Assembly (NCBI GenBank): GCA_965220055.1
Contig: CBDCPE010000004.1
Location: 3,628,962-3,692,961 of the forward strand
Origin: Dehalococcoidia bacterium
GTDB lineage: Bacteria > Chloroflexota > Dehalococcoidia > Lucifugimonadales > UBA3495
DNA length: 64,000 bases
Direction: 5' to 3'
In this document: positions 22,639 through 32,881 of the stretch, in pieces
Position numbering within the stretch: position 1 is the first letter of the stretch
Layout: each line of letters starts with the position of its first letter
Notes under the pieces: model-generated
What the model was told of the DNA's origin: nothing
Databases searched by the model: none
The model's input: the letters and a program-made list of their open reading frames with translations, nothing else
Translations under genes and position numbers: made by a program

Positions 22639-23188
22639 ACCGGGTATGCGGGCGGCTGCGGCCCGTCCCATGCTTGCGGGTCGGAACCGTATTGGTTCGG
22701 ACCCGCTTGGCCCGTTTGACCAGCCAAATCAGCATCCATGCAATCGAACCTGCGCATATCGCCAACCCCACAAGGAAGGCAGCAAAAGCTAGGCCGAGGA
22801 TTAGTGATAAGTTGCCAGAGTTGCTACCACCGGAAAATACAAAAGTCATGTACCACAGGCCAATTGCCCCAGATACCAACAGGATAGCCCCCAATACTCC
22901 CTTTACTATCCGGAGCAATTGCCACCCGCCGCTCTTGCCTATGTCGTGCGAGCGGCGGGCAACCACCGCAAGGCTGGGGATCGGGATCGCCAACCCAGAT
23001 ATAAATTGAAAGGGAGTGTAGACATCCAAATCGGCCAGGGAGCCTATGGAAATGTCCACACCACTGAGCATCAAACTGACAATATTGGTAGCCAGCACTC
23101 ACCATCAGTACTCGGCCCGGGTGGCCCGCCCGCTGAAGACGGCATACTTGCGAATACAAGCCCTGGCCGAGTCCTGCAGGGTCATCAT
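22619..23188 (-). pseudogene. DUF805-family membrane protein with two in-frame TGA codons
   Basis: Reads MMTLQDSARACIRKYAVFSGRATRAEY-TGA-W-TGA-VLATNIV... and later ARRSHDIGKSGGWQLL (DUF805 RRLHD.G.SGWW block). The stops are at 23105-23107 and 23099-23101. Confidence 0.65.
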
Positions 23189-23351
23189 GGGCTTGCCCGG
23201 GGGATATCGCCTGGCTGCATTGGTTACTCCTGGGCGGATTTGCGTGCTGGCCATTCTACCCGTAAAACGGCGCTTCATCCACTTGGGACTGGCCGCTGGC
23301 GTCCGGGCCCTTCTCCCCTGCCTGCCAACGGGCGCCGTTTTCCTAACCATC

Positions 23352-24570
23352 CTCTGAACAAGTCCGTGGTGATGTGGCATAGTCAAGCTGGAGAGCCTAA
23401 TGCTGACCGGGGATGAGGTTGTATGGACCAGGCAAGCTTTGCTGACTTGGAATACCAGGGCAAGAGGCGCAAGACCCGCCGGGAAGTGTTCTTGGAGCGG
23501 ATGGACGGCCTGATTCCCTGGAAGTTGCTGGAGGACCGCATCCGTCCCTTCTACCCAAAGGCCGGAAGGGGGCGCCATCCATATCCTCTGTCCGCCATGT
23601 TGAGAACACACTGTGTCCAGCTTTTCTACAATTTGAGCGACCCCGGCAGCGACCCCGTCATGGAGGACCTGCTCTACGAGTCCGAGCCGGTCCGGCGGTT
23701 CGTGGGGTTGAGGCTCTCAGGCCCCCTGCCCGACGAGACCACCATCCTCAACTTTCGTCATCTCTTGGAAAAGAGCAGCCTGTGCCAGGGCCTGCTGGAG
23801 GAAATCAACGCCCACCTGGAATCCCAGGGCCTGAAACTGCGGGAGGGAACCATCGTGGACGCCACCATCATCGAGGCGCCGTCCTCCACCAAGAACCGGG
23901 CTGTGGAGCGGGACCCTGAGATGCATCAGACCAAGAAGGGGAACCGGTGGCATTTCGGTATGAAGGCGCACATCGGAGTGGACTCGGAGACTGGCATAGT
24001 CCACAGCATGAGCGCGACGGCGGCCAACGTGCACGATGTTACCGAGACGCACAATCTGCTGCACGGGGGCGAAACGGTGGTGTGGGGCGACGCTGGGTAT
24101 CAGGGAGTGGGGAGGAGAGAGGATAATCTGGGGCTTTTGGTGGAATGGCGGGTGGCGATGCGTCCGGGGCGTCGTCGGAAGTTGGCGCCTGGGAGCAGGG
24201 AGGCGCTGGCGGAGCAGGTGAAGGCACAGGTGAGAGCCAAGGTGGAGCACCCCTTCCTGAGGCTGAAGCGGCTGTTCGGGTACGCCAAGGTACGCTACCG
24301 GGGTCTGGCAAAGAACGCGGAGCGCCTGGCGCTGCTGTTCGGGCTGGGCAACCTGCTGACGGCGGAGGGTCTACTGTCGGGGTAGTGCGCCCGTCGCAAG
24401 CCCCAGCCGGCCCTATGGCCCGCGCCGGACTCCAACGGCCCCGCCAGGGGCGAAACGCAAGGAGCGAAACGCAAGGAGCCGGATGCCGGACCGCAACGCC
24501 CAGACGCCAGTTCTCGCCCCTTCGCTATCCCAATAAACCCAATGCAGCCCAAACCGGCTTTGTTCAGAGC
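23352..24570 (+). mobile_element. IS5-family insertion sequence (approximate ends)
   Basis: Terminal IR core ctctgaacaa (23352...) pairs with ttgttcagag (...24570). The flanks contain ctaa/ctag, consistent with an IS5-type YTAR target. Confidence 0.65.
23423..24385 (+). CDS. IS5-family DDE transposase (InsH-like)
   Basis: Contains SDP..ED.LYES...RRF, TILNFRHLLE, DATIIEAPSSTKN, HFGMKAHIGVD, GDAGYQG and VEHPF...K..FGY.KVRYRGL.KN. Confidence 0.9.
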   Translation: MDQASFADLEYQGKRRKTRREVFLERMDGLIPWKLLEDRIRPFYPKAGRGRHPYPLSAMLRTHCVQLFYNLSDPGSDPVMEDLLYESEPVRRFVGLRLSGPLPDETTILNFRHLLEKSSLCQGLLEEINAHLESQGLKLREGTIVDATIIEAPSSTKNRAVERDPEMHQTKKGNRWHFGMKAHIGVDSETGIVHSMSATAANVHDVTETHNLLHGGETVVWGDAGYQGVGRREDNLGLLVEWRVAMRPGRRRKLAPGSREALAEQVKAQVRAKVEHPFLRLKRLFGYAKVRYRGLAKNAERLALLFGLGNLLTAEGLLSG

Positions 24571-24876
24571 GTCCCTAGAATCTGCCTGATCCCGACCATG
24601 CCCGAGGAGACCCTGAAGGCTGTTGAGACTTGGCGAGGGCCGTTGTCGCTCAGCAGCCTGGTTCGGTCAGGCACGGGACCGTGATCCATCCGGTCTTGTC
24701 CACCGCGCCCTGGACGACCTTGGTCCTGGGCCACCTCGGTCCTGGCCTATCGCTGCTCTGCGCGCAACCACCCTGGGGATGTACAATGCGGCACTTGGCG
24801 GATGTTCCAGGGCGCACCGACCACGTAAGTAAGAGCAGCGGCACGGGAACCTGAAACGGCAAAACTGGTGAAATAG

Positions 24877-26106
24877 TTGGCCCAGATTCTGGTCATTGGA
24901 CGCAGGCTCCAGACCTTTCGCGCGCTGCGGCACCGCGATTTCCGCTGGTTCTGGATCGGCGCGAACGCCCAGGCATTGGCCAGGGGGATGCAGTTCCTGA
25001 TCCTGGGCTGGTTGGTATTGGAACTGACCGATTCCGCCTCCCGCATGGGGTTCATGATTTTCCTCTACGGGGTGCCCACGGTGGGGTTCGTACTGTTCGG
25101 CGGCACCTTCGCCGACCGGTTCGACCGACGCGGACTGCTGATGCTGACCCAGGCCCTGGTGGGACTCCTGGTCTTTGGACTGGCCGTGTTGGAGACCGCA
25201 GGGCTGGTTGCCCTGTGGCACATCTACGCGGCGGCTTTCGTCCTCGGCACCCTCCAAGCCATCAACACCCCGGCCCGGCTGGCCATAGTCCGCGACCTGG
25301 TGGACCGAGATGACCTGATGAACGCCGTCGTTCTGAACTCGGCGATCATGAACTCGGGACGAATCCTAGGCCCGGCCCTGGCCGGAGGCGTCATCGAACT
25401 GGCCGGAACAACCCCGGCGCTGTACCTGGCCGCCGGATGCTTTTGCGTGGGCACGGTAACGCTGCTCATGGTCCGGCGAGTGCCAGTGCCGGCCCGGGAC
25501 CGGCGCTCGACCATCCTGTCCGAACTGTGGGGCGGGCTGCGGTACTGCTGGTCGAACCCGGTCACTTTCACCGTCATCGGCATCGGGTTCGCCTTCGGTT
25601 TCTTCGCAATGCCCTATGCCCAGTTGCTGCCCGCTTTCGCCAAGCTGGTGCTGGACACAGGAGCCGGCGGAGCCGGGCTGCTGATCACCGGGGCGGGCAT
25701 TGGGTCCCTGTCCGGCACGATCATCATGGCATCATTGGGCAACTCGCCCCATAAGAACCGACTGCTGCTGGCCTGCATCTTCCTTTTCGGCATAGCCCTT
25801 TTCTGCCTGGCCTGGTCACAGTGGTTCTGGCTGTCTTGGGCGATATTGTTTCTGGTCGGGATGGGCAGCATAGTGCCAATGGGGACGACCGTGTTACAAC
25901 TCTCCGTGCCAACGGAGTTCCAGGGCAGAGTGATGAGCGTTTGGTACATTTCCGCCGGGTTCATGTTCATCGGCTCCTATCCCATGACGCTGGTTGCAGA
26001 GTACATAAGCTGGACCGCGGCCTTCGCCGGCGGAGCCGCCATTTACCTGACGATCGCGTTGGTGCTGGGGGTCTGGCGTCCGACACTGCGCCGCCTGCGC
26101 GTGTAG
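24877..26106 (+). CDS. MFS transporter (DUF894/EntS-like subfamily)
   Basis: N-terminus FRALRHRDFRWFWIGANAQALARGMQ with 12-TM-like hydrophobicity. TTG start in the ORF track, so the start is uncertain. Confidence 0.75.
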   Translation: MAQILVIGRRLQTFRALRHRDFRWFWIGANAQALARGMQFLILGWLVLELTDSASRMGFMIFLYGVPTVGFVLFGGTFADRFDRRGLLMLTQALVGLLVFGLAVLETAGLVALWHIYAAAFVLGTLQAINTPARLAIVRDLVDRDDLMNAVVLNSAIMNSGRILGPALAGGVIELAGTTPALYLAAGCFCVGTVTLLMVRRVPVPARDRRSTILSELWGGLRYCWSNPVTFTVIGIGFAFGFFAMPYAQLLPAFAKLVLDTGAGGAGLLITGAGIGSLSGTIIMASLGNSPHKNRLLLACIFLFGIALFCLAWSQWFWLSWAILFLVGMGSIVPMGTTVLQLSVPTEFQGRVMSVWYISAGFMFIGSYPMTLVAEYISWTAAFAGGAAIYLTIALVLGVWRPTLRRLRV

Positions 26107-26168
26107 CTCGGTGCGCGGTCGCCAGTTGCCCTTCACAATGCCGCTGCGACGACTAATACGACACTCGG

Positions 26169-26218
26169 CAGCCTATGAGACTCGACAGCCTATGAGACTC
26201 GACAGCCTATGAGACTCG
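26169..26218. repeat. 17-bp tandem repeat x3 (cagcctatgagactcga)
   Basis: Read directly from the sequence. Intergenic. Confidence 0.9.
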
Positions 26219-26595
26219 CCCTGATACCCAAAGCAAATCCGCTGAAACGCGGTGCCCAGAGGCCGGTTTGTACGAGACTGTCTGCGGCTTCTCAACTGCC
26301 ATGGAGACGACCGACCGCCTTCACCGGTTCCCACGAACCATGGGCCGGGGAGCCGCGGCTACGGCTTCCCGAAACATGTCACGGCGTTGTCCAGCAGGAT
26401 CTTCGGCAGCAGGTCTTCCAGGGCATCCCAATCCAATCTTGGCCGCCATGCCCGCCGGTCAGCCTGGGCTGTTCGCCCTGCTGCTGTGGCGCCCGGCGCA
26501 GCGCAAGCTGAGGCTTTGGAACCGGAATGGCACTAGCTGGGCTTTGCGTGCGCTGCGCCCACCATTGGTCCAGGTCGGGCTTTCCAGCCGAAGTT

Positions 26596-27480
26596 CTAGT
26601 GCAAAGAGGTGAGCCATTCGGCAATGGCCTGGCCGATCTCGGCGGGGGAGTCCTCCTGGATGAAGTGGAACCCTTTGACCGTCACTTCCCGCTGGCTGGG
26701 CCAGCCCCGACAGAACTCTCGCTGCGCGCCCGTCAGGATTGTCCCCGGATCCGCGTTGATGAACAGCTTGGGGAGGTCGCTGACGGACAGCCATCGGGAG
26801 TAATCTTCGACAATTGCCACCACGTCGGCCGGCTCGCCGTCCAAAGGAATCTGGCGAGGCCAGGTGAGGGTCGGACGCCGGGACTCGCCCGTCTCCAGAT
26901 AGGGCCGTCGGTACACTTCCATCTCCGGTTCGCCCAGCCCGCGCATCACGCTGGCCGGCAGGATGCGTTCGACGAACACGTTCCTCTCAAGGATGATCTC
27001 CTCCCCATCCGGGGAGCGCATGGACTGGAACAACGACCGTGAACGCTCGGGCCACTCCTCCCACGCCAGGGGCCGGACGATGGCTTCCATGTACGCGATT
27101 CCCTTGACCCGTTCCTGGTGTCGATAGGCCCAGTGGAATGCCAGGGCCGAACCCCAATCGTGCGCGACGAGGGTGACGTTCTCGGTCAACTCAAGGGCAT
27201 CGAACCAGGCGTCCAAGTAGCGGGCATGGTCGACAAACCGGTAGGTCCCGCGGGGGGCACGGTCCGACTCCCCCATTCCCAACAGGTCGGGGGCCAGGCA
27301 GCGCGCCATCCCGGCCACGTGGGGGATGACGTTGCGCCACAGGTATGACGAGGTGGGATTCCCGTGCAGGAACACGACCGGGTCTCCCTGTCCAGTATCG
27401 ACGGTGGCGAGCTCCACGTTGAGGGCCGGTACCCGATGTCTTGAATAGGGATCGGCGGCGGAGATGTGGCTTTCTACCAT
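26596..27480 (-). CDS. Haloalkane dehalogenase (HLD-II/DhaA-like alpha/beta hydrolase), intact paralog
   Basis: Contains [14 protein letters not shown], the nucleophile elbow HDWGSALAF, and C-terminal KGFHFIQEDSP carrying the catalytic His. Confidence 0.85.
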   Translation of the reverse strand: MVESHISAADPYSRHRVPALNVELATVDTGQGDPVVFLHGNPTSSYLWRNVIPHVAGMARCLAPDLLGMGESDRAPRGTYRFVDHARYLDAWFDALELTENVTLVAHDWGSALAFHWAYRHQERVKGIAYMEAIVRPLAWEEWPERSRSLFQSMRSPDGEEIILERNVFVERILPASVMRGLGEPEMEVYRRPYLETGESRRPTLTWPRQIPLDGEPADVVAIVEDYSRWLSVSDLPKLFINADPGTILTGAQREFCRGWPSQREVTVKGFHFIQEDSPAEIGQAIAEWLTSLH

Positions 27481-27549
27481 CGAACGCCCTCCTTAATATC
27501 TGATGAGGCCCATGGTATCAGGTTGCTCCGGTGGCTACGTGAAGTCCTC

Positions 27550-27680
27550 ACGCGTACCCAGTTTGTCATTGCGAGGAGCCAAGCGACGCGGCAATCCCGC
27601 CACCTGGACGATGTCTCCTCCGCCAACGAGATTGCCGCGCTTTGCTCGCAATGACAGTTTGGACACAAGTAGGTACGCGT
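27550..27680. repeat. 131-bp MITE-like hairpin element (acgcgtaccc ... gtcattgcgag ... ctcgcaatgac ... gggtacgcgt)
   Basis: Long inverted-repeat arms. A same-length copy lies at 44393-44523 with the central spacer in the opposite orientation, and a half copy lies near 27721-27775. Confidence 0.75.
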
Positions 27681-27963
27681 CAGACGTGAAGTCTCGGTGA
27701 CGTAGCGATTATTCTCGCGGCGATGAGATTGCCGCGCTTCACTCGCGATGACAGTTGTCCGACATTGGGTACGCATGAGCTGTCTGGGGCACTCTAAAAT
27801 TTCGATAGACGAATTCATGCGCGTCGTTACGATGATATTACGAAATACGTCTCCAAATTGACTTTGCAATCCAGTCGAATTACACTTCGGCCACCTTAAG
27901 TTGCCCATGTCGTCAGGCAGGGCAGGATGAATTCGTAGCACATCGCCGTTGGGAGGTAACTAT

Positions 27964-29640
27964 ATGCCGGAGTTTGATTTGGTGATTCGCGGTGGAACCG
28001 TAGTCGACGGCACCGGCCTGCCCCGGATCCGCGCCGATGTCGGCATCAAGGACGGGCGGGTGGCCATGATCAGCGGGCGTATCAACGCGGCTGGCGCCAA
28101 AGAGCTGGACGCCAGCGGATGCATTGTGGCCCCGGGCGCGGTGGACCTGCATACGCACTACGACGCGCAGCTAAACTGGGACCCGTACGCGTCACTGTCG
28201 GGATGGTTCGGCGTGACCTCCCTGACCGTCGGGCAGTGCGGCTTCGGGTTTGCGCCGACCCGGGCCGAGGACCGGGACCTGAACATGCGCATGATGAACC
28301 GCATCGAGGCGATACCGCTGGAGTCGATGCGGCTGGGGATGCGATGGGACTGGGAAACCTTCCCCGAATACATGGACAGCCTGGACCGCCAGGGCCTGGG
28401 GGTGAACGTCGGCGCGCTGGTGCCCTTCTCCCCGCTGCGCGGCTACGTGCTGGGCATGATACCGGCGCGGGAACGGACATCCGTAACCGAGGCCGAGCTG
28501 AACCAGATGAAGCAGATTTTGTACGACTCCATGAAGGCGGGGGCGTTCGGACTGTCGGCCGACAAGAACCTGGAAGACCGGCCTGAGGACGGCAGTTGGC
28601 TGCCCAGCCACGTGGCGTCTCCCGAGGAGTTCTACGCTTTGTCCAAGGTCTTGAGCCAGTTCGGCGTGGGCCATCTGGGCTGGACCATCGGCATCTCGGA
28701 CGACCGGCCCGGTCAGCGGGAGATGCTGGCGGAGATGGTGCGCATGAGCGGGCGTCCGCTGCACGTCGCGCTAGGCGATGAGGAAGGCTACGACTGGCTG
28801 GAGGAAGTCCGGAAAGAAGGACTTCCCGTCCTGGCGCAGCAGGGCTCGGTGCCGACCATCGCCGAGTTCAAGCTCTCCGAATATAACCTGTTCGACTATA
28901 TGCCCAACTGGGTCCAGCCGTTGGTCGGCACCAAGGAGGAGCGGATTGCCAAGCTCTCCGAGGACGGCATTCGCTCGGGCATGAAACGCGACGTTATCGA
29001 CCGCCCGCACGCTCGGACGGATTGGACGCAGTTGCAGGTGGTCGAGGTAGCGCTGGAGCGGAACCTCAAGTACGAGGGGTTATCCATCGCCGACATCGCC
29101 GAGGCCGAGGGCAAGCACCCGTTGGACGCGTTCCTGGACATCGCGCTGGACGAGGACCTGGAAACCGAATTCGCGCACCCGGCCGGCGGGCAGGGCGACG
29201 ACGCACGGGCGGAGCGCCTGGTCAACCCCTACGTCCACATCTCGGTGTCCGACGGCGGCGCCCACACCCGTTTCCTGGTCAACAGCGTGTGGCCCGTGTA
29301 TTTCCTGGGCCACTGGATCCGCGACAACGAGCTGATGACCCTGGAACAGGCCCACCAGAAGATGAGCGCGCTGCCAGCGGCGTTCTCCGACATGAAGGGT
29401 CGCGGCACCCTGCGCGTCGGCGACTGGGCCGATGTCATGATCTATAACTTGGACGAGCTGGGGCTGCTATACGACAAGCCTCGGTTCGAGACCGACTTCC
29501 CCGGTGGTGAGAAGCGGTTGGTGCAAATGCCCACCGGAATTCGCTACATCCTGGTCAACGGCACCGTAACCTTCGTGGAAAACGAGTGCACCGGCGAGCT
29601 GCCCGGCAAGCTGCTGCGCAGTTACGACATGGTGGGCTGA
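27964..29640 (+). CDS. Amidohydrolase, N-acyl-D-amino-acid deacylase (D-aminoacylase) family
   Basis: FDLVIRGGTVVDGTG...DVGIKDGRV...ELDASGCIVAPGAVDLHTHYD. GGAGG SD precedes the Met at 27964. Confidence 0.8.
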   Translation: MPEFDLVIRGGTVVDGTGLPRIRADVGIKDGRVAMISGRINAAGAKELDASGCIVAPGAVDLHTHYDAQLNWDPYASLSGWFGVTSLTVGQCGFGFAPTRAEDRDLNMRMMNRIEAIPLESMRLGMRWDWETFPEYMDSLDRQGLGVNVGALVPFSPLRGYVLGMIPARERTSVTEAELNQMKQILYDSMKAGAFGLSADKNLEDRPEDGSWLPSHVASPEEFYALSKVLSQFGVGHLGWTIGISDDRPGQREMLAEMVRMSGRPLHVALGDEEGYDWLEEVRKEGLPVLAQQGSVPTIAEFKLSEYNLFDYMPNWVQPLVGTKEERIAKLSEDGIRSGMKRDVIDRPHARTDWTQLQVVEVALERNLKYEGLSIADIAEAEGKHPLDAFLDIALDEDLETEFAHPAGGQGDDARAERLVNPYVHISVSDGGAHTRFLVNSVWPVYFLGHWIRDNELMTLEQAHQKMSALPAAFSDMKGRGTLRVGDWADVMIYNLDELGLLYDKPRFETDFPGGEKRLVQMPTGIRYILVNGTVTFVENECTGELPGKLLRSYDMVG

Positions 29641-29735
29641 CCCCGCAGGGATCCTGGTCCCGTGAATAGGTACGCCCCGGGTGATCAAGCCCGGGGCGGA
29701 TTTCGTATCGACTGGGGTGGGGTGGGGCGCTCGGG

Positions 29736-30104
29736 CTACTCGTCCGGCACCAGCGCGACCAGACGGTTGTCCTGCACGGTAACCAGGAACGCCTTCATGC
29801 GGAAGTCTGGTTGGTTGACGCAGGTGCCCTCGCCCTTCTCGTACTGCCAACCGTGGCCGTCGCAGACGAATACCTCGTCGCCTTCATCCTCGATCTCCCC
29901 GCCCTGATGGGGGCACATCGTGGACAGCAGCTTGTATCCGTCGCGCCCGCGCACCAGAAAGTATGAGGCGTCGCCCACTTTGACGGGAGCGGGCAGGGCG
30001 GTGAACGACGATTCCTCTCCCAAGTCCGCCCTGACCTTCTTCGATCGGGCCGAGCCGCTCACCTGGCGGAGGGTAACGGTTCCTCTTCTGCGTTCGGTAG
30101 TCAT
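29736..30104 (-). CDS. Rieske [2Fe-2S] domain protein
   Basis: CPHQGG...(17)...CDGHGW is the CxH...CxxH Rieske motif. Confidence 0.8.
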   Translation of the reverse strand: MTTERRRGTVTLRQVSGSARSKKVRADLGEESSFTALPAPVKVGDASYFLVRGRDGYKLLSTMCPHQGGEIEDEGDEVFVCDGHGWQYEKGEGTCVNQPDFRMKAFLVTVQDNRLVALVPDE

Positions 30105-30262
30105 TGCAATATCCCTTGCCGACGTCGTGACGCTGCTGTAGCTGGATCGGTGAATGGCCCAAGTATAGCAAAATCCTGACGAATTCTAATCGTCAGTGGC
30201 AGTTCGCGAGAACGCATGCTACACTCCCTGAAAATGCAAGTCGCATAGCGTAGGAGGTTGAC

Positions 30263-31357
30263 ATGGTTGGTCTCGAATCCGCTACAGATCTGGGAAAATT
30301 CGGCCTTGCCGTCGGCACGCCGGTGATCAAATCGGTGGGTCCGCTGGCCTTCGGTCCTGAGGGTGTGCTCTTCATCGGCGACAACGTGGGGGCGGCCATA
30401 TTCGCCGTTGATGCGGGTGACGCCGGCGGAGACGGCGCGGCCCAGGCCGTGGACCTGGACAATTTTGACGCCTCCCTGGCGTCGTACCTCGGCTGTTCAA
30501 GAGACGACGTGGCCATACGGGACATGGCAGTCCATCCGACGTCCGGCAACGTGTACTTCTCCGTAATGCGCGGCAGCGGGGACGCGGCCATTCCGGTGAT
30601 AATCAGGGTCTCCGGCGATGGGAGCATCAGCGACGTGGCCCTGGAGAGCGTGGCCTTCTCGCAGTACGACATCACCGACGCGGCGGACGAAGACGACCCT
30701 CGCCTGGTTACACGGATGAAACTGCGGACCGTAACGATTACGGACATGTCGTACGTGGACGGGCTGCTGCTGGTGGCGGGGACGTCCAACGAGGAGTTCA
30801 CCTCCACCCTGCGACGCATTCCGTTCCCCTTCGGCGGCGAGGCCGCAGCTAACTCCCTGGAGATATTCCACGTCTCCCACGGCAAGTACGAAACGGCGGC
30901 GCCCATCCGCGCGTTCGTGCCCTACCAGGGGAACTCCAGCATCCTGGCCAGTTACACCTGCACTCCGGTGGTGCAGTTCTCGCTGTCGGATTTCGACGCG
31001 GGCAAACATGTGATGGGCAAGACCGTGGCCGAACTGGGTTCGCACAACCATCCGCTGGACCTGATTTCTTACGAGCACGACGGCGGGGAATACCTGCTGG
31101 TTTGCAACGACCGCCATCCCCTGTTCAAGGTCGCCTGCAAGGACATCGATGTGCAGGGTCCGCTGACCGAGCCTGATGATTCGATGGATGCCTCACCGGC
31201 GGACCCGGTCACGCCCGGGGTGGGCGTGCCGCGGTGGTTGCTGCCGCACCCCGGCGTGAAGCGCATGGCCAACCTCAACGGCAGCGGCGTGCTCATGCTG
31301 CAGCAGGACGAGGACGGGAACACCCACCTGCACACCTACGACACCTCGACGCTGTGA
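30263..31357 (+). CDS. Hypothetical protein, beta-propeller-like repeats
   Basis: 364-aa ORF with backbone codon usage. Repeated strand-like blocks (GVLFIGDN, GNVYFSV, LLLVAGTS, YLLVCND). No named family recognised. Confidence 0.55.
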   Translation: MVGLESATDLGKFGLAVGTPVIKSVGPLAFGPEGVLFIGDNVGAAIFAVDAGDAGGDGAAQAVDLDNFDASLASYLGCSRDDVAIRDMAVHPTSGNVYFSVMRGSGDAAIPVIIRVSGDGSISDVALESVAFSQYDITDAADEDDPRLVTRMKLRTVTITDMSYVDGLLLVAGTSNEEFTSTLRRIPFPFGGEAAANSLEIFHVSHGKYETAAPIRAFVPYQGNSSILASYTCTPVVQFSLSDFDAGKHVMGKTVAELGSHNHPLDLISYEHDGGEYLLVCNDRHPLFKVACKDIDVQGPLTEPDDSMDASPADPVTPGVGVPRWLLPHPGVKRMANLNGSGVLMLQQDEDGNTHLHTYDTSTL

Positions 31358-32466
31358 CCCACGGCCGTCATCTGCAACTGGAGTGGGCGCAATACCAGGG
31401 GCGCGACTGCCTGAAAATCAGCGGCTGGAACGACGCCGAGCTTCATGAGTTGGGCGGCTTGGACGCCGGGGCATTGTCCCGGCGTCTCGCCGTATATCCC
31501 AGCGAAGCGCTGACTCGAGGTGACGACAGCCCGGTTGTTCCGCCCGCCGCCGGCCGTTTTCTGGTTCAGGGCGGGTCCATCTGCTTCGTGCCCCGCTTCC
31601 CCTTCGCTGGCGGAGTGGGCTATTCCCTGCTGGTCGAGACCGCCGGCGAAGGGGAAGGCGCCGAGGTCTGGCAGATCCGGCGGCCATCTCCGGCGGTCGC
31701 TTCCACCGCGGAGGTCCTGGCGATCTACCCCACCACCGCCGAGCTCCCGGTGAACCTGCTCCGGGTGTACGTGCACTTCTCCGCACCAATGAGCGAGGGC
31801 TGGGCGGCGCGGGCAATTAAAGTCAGTAGCGGGGACACCGGGGAAGCGCTGGAGGGAGCCTTCCTCCCGCCCGAGCCGGAGCTATGGGATGCCCAGCGGA
31901 CACGGCTGACCATGCTGCTGGACCCCGGGCGCATCAAGCGCGGCCTCGTGCCCAACCTGGAGTTCGGTTACCCCCTGGTGGAGGGCACAACGGTCAGCAT
32001 CGCCATCGACCCGGCCTTTCACGACGCAACGGGCCGGCCGCTCAAGGCAGGAGCTGAACGGAGCTACCGCATCGGCCCAGCTCTGCGGTCGCGCGTTGAC
32101 CCTGCCGCCTGGCGATTGATCGCTCCCGTCGCCGGCTCTAGAGCCCCGCTGCTGGTTGAATTCGACCGGCCCCTGGATCACGGATTGCTTCAACACAGCC
32201 TGTCGGTCCGGGACACTGCGGGAGAGCCGATGCCAGGAGAGGGAGAAGCGGGAAAGGCGGAACGCAGTTGGCATTTCACGCCGTCGCATACCTGGGAGGG
32301 CGGCGATTACCAGTTGGTCGTCGAATCGCGCCTGGAAGACGTGGCCGGAAATTCGCCGGCCCGGGTTTTTGATCGGGACGTTTCGAAGCCCGAAGACTCG
32401 CCAACGCGATCGGAAGCGACAACCGTCAGCTTCGCGTGCTCCCCGGCCGCGCTTTCGTTTCGATAA
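31354..32466 (+). CDS. Hypothetical protein with Ig-like (Big_5/SbsA-type) repeats
   Basis: The GTG start overlaps the upstream stop (GTGA at 31354-31357). LRVYVHFSAPMSEG and LLVEFDRPLDHG resemble SbsA-Ig-type domain starts. Confidence 0.5.
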   Translation: MTHGRHLQLEWAQYQGRDCLKISGWNDAELHELGGLDAGALSRRLAVYPSEALTRGDDSPVVPPAAGRFLVQGGSICFVPRFPFAGGVGYSLLVETAGEGEGAEVWQIRRPSPAVASTAEVLAIYPTTAELPVNLLRVYVHFSAPMSEGWAARAIKVSSGDTGEALEGAFLPPEPELWDAQRTRLTMLLDPGRIKRGLVPNLEFGYPLVEGTTVSIAIDPAFHDATGRPLKAGAERSYRIGPALRSRVDPAAWRLIAPVAGSRAPLLVEFDRPLDHGLLQHSLSVRDTAGEPMPGEGEAGKAERSWHFTPSHTWEGGDYQLVVESRLEDVAGNSPARVFDRDVSKPEDSPTRSEATTVSFACSPAALSFR

Positions 32467-32881
32467 GTCTGCGGGCCCGTAATCGCGGCCAAAATCGCGC
32501 GGGTCGCCGGTGGGGCCAGAACGGTCGGCGGATCACGTGTGTTCGTTTTCTCTAGCCTGTCATTACGCGCGGGCCGCCAGGAGTTCGTGGCAATCCCGCA
32601 TAGGATGTGGTGACCGCGTCGGAACGTCCACACTTCCCCGACGAGACTGCCACGCCACGCTTTACTCGCCATGCAAAGCTGGCTACGCGTGAGTTGGCCG
32701 CAGCCGTGGCCGGTGCAAGCATTGTCCGCGCCGAGTTCCGAATCGATATCAAATTCGGACCACCGAACGTAGCAGGGGTTGTGTCGACCAGAGTGTGTAT
32801 CAACATGTCATTATTCGTGCCGAGACCTGTCAATTCATGCAAAGAGTGATCACCAAAATCTTCCGGCCCTTAATTTCCTAA

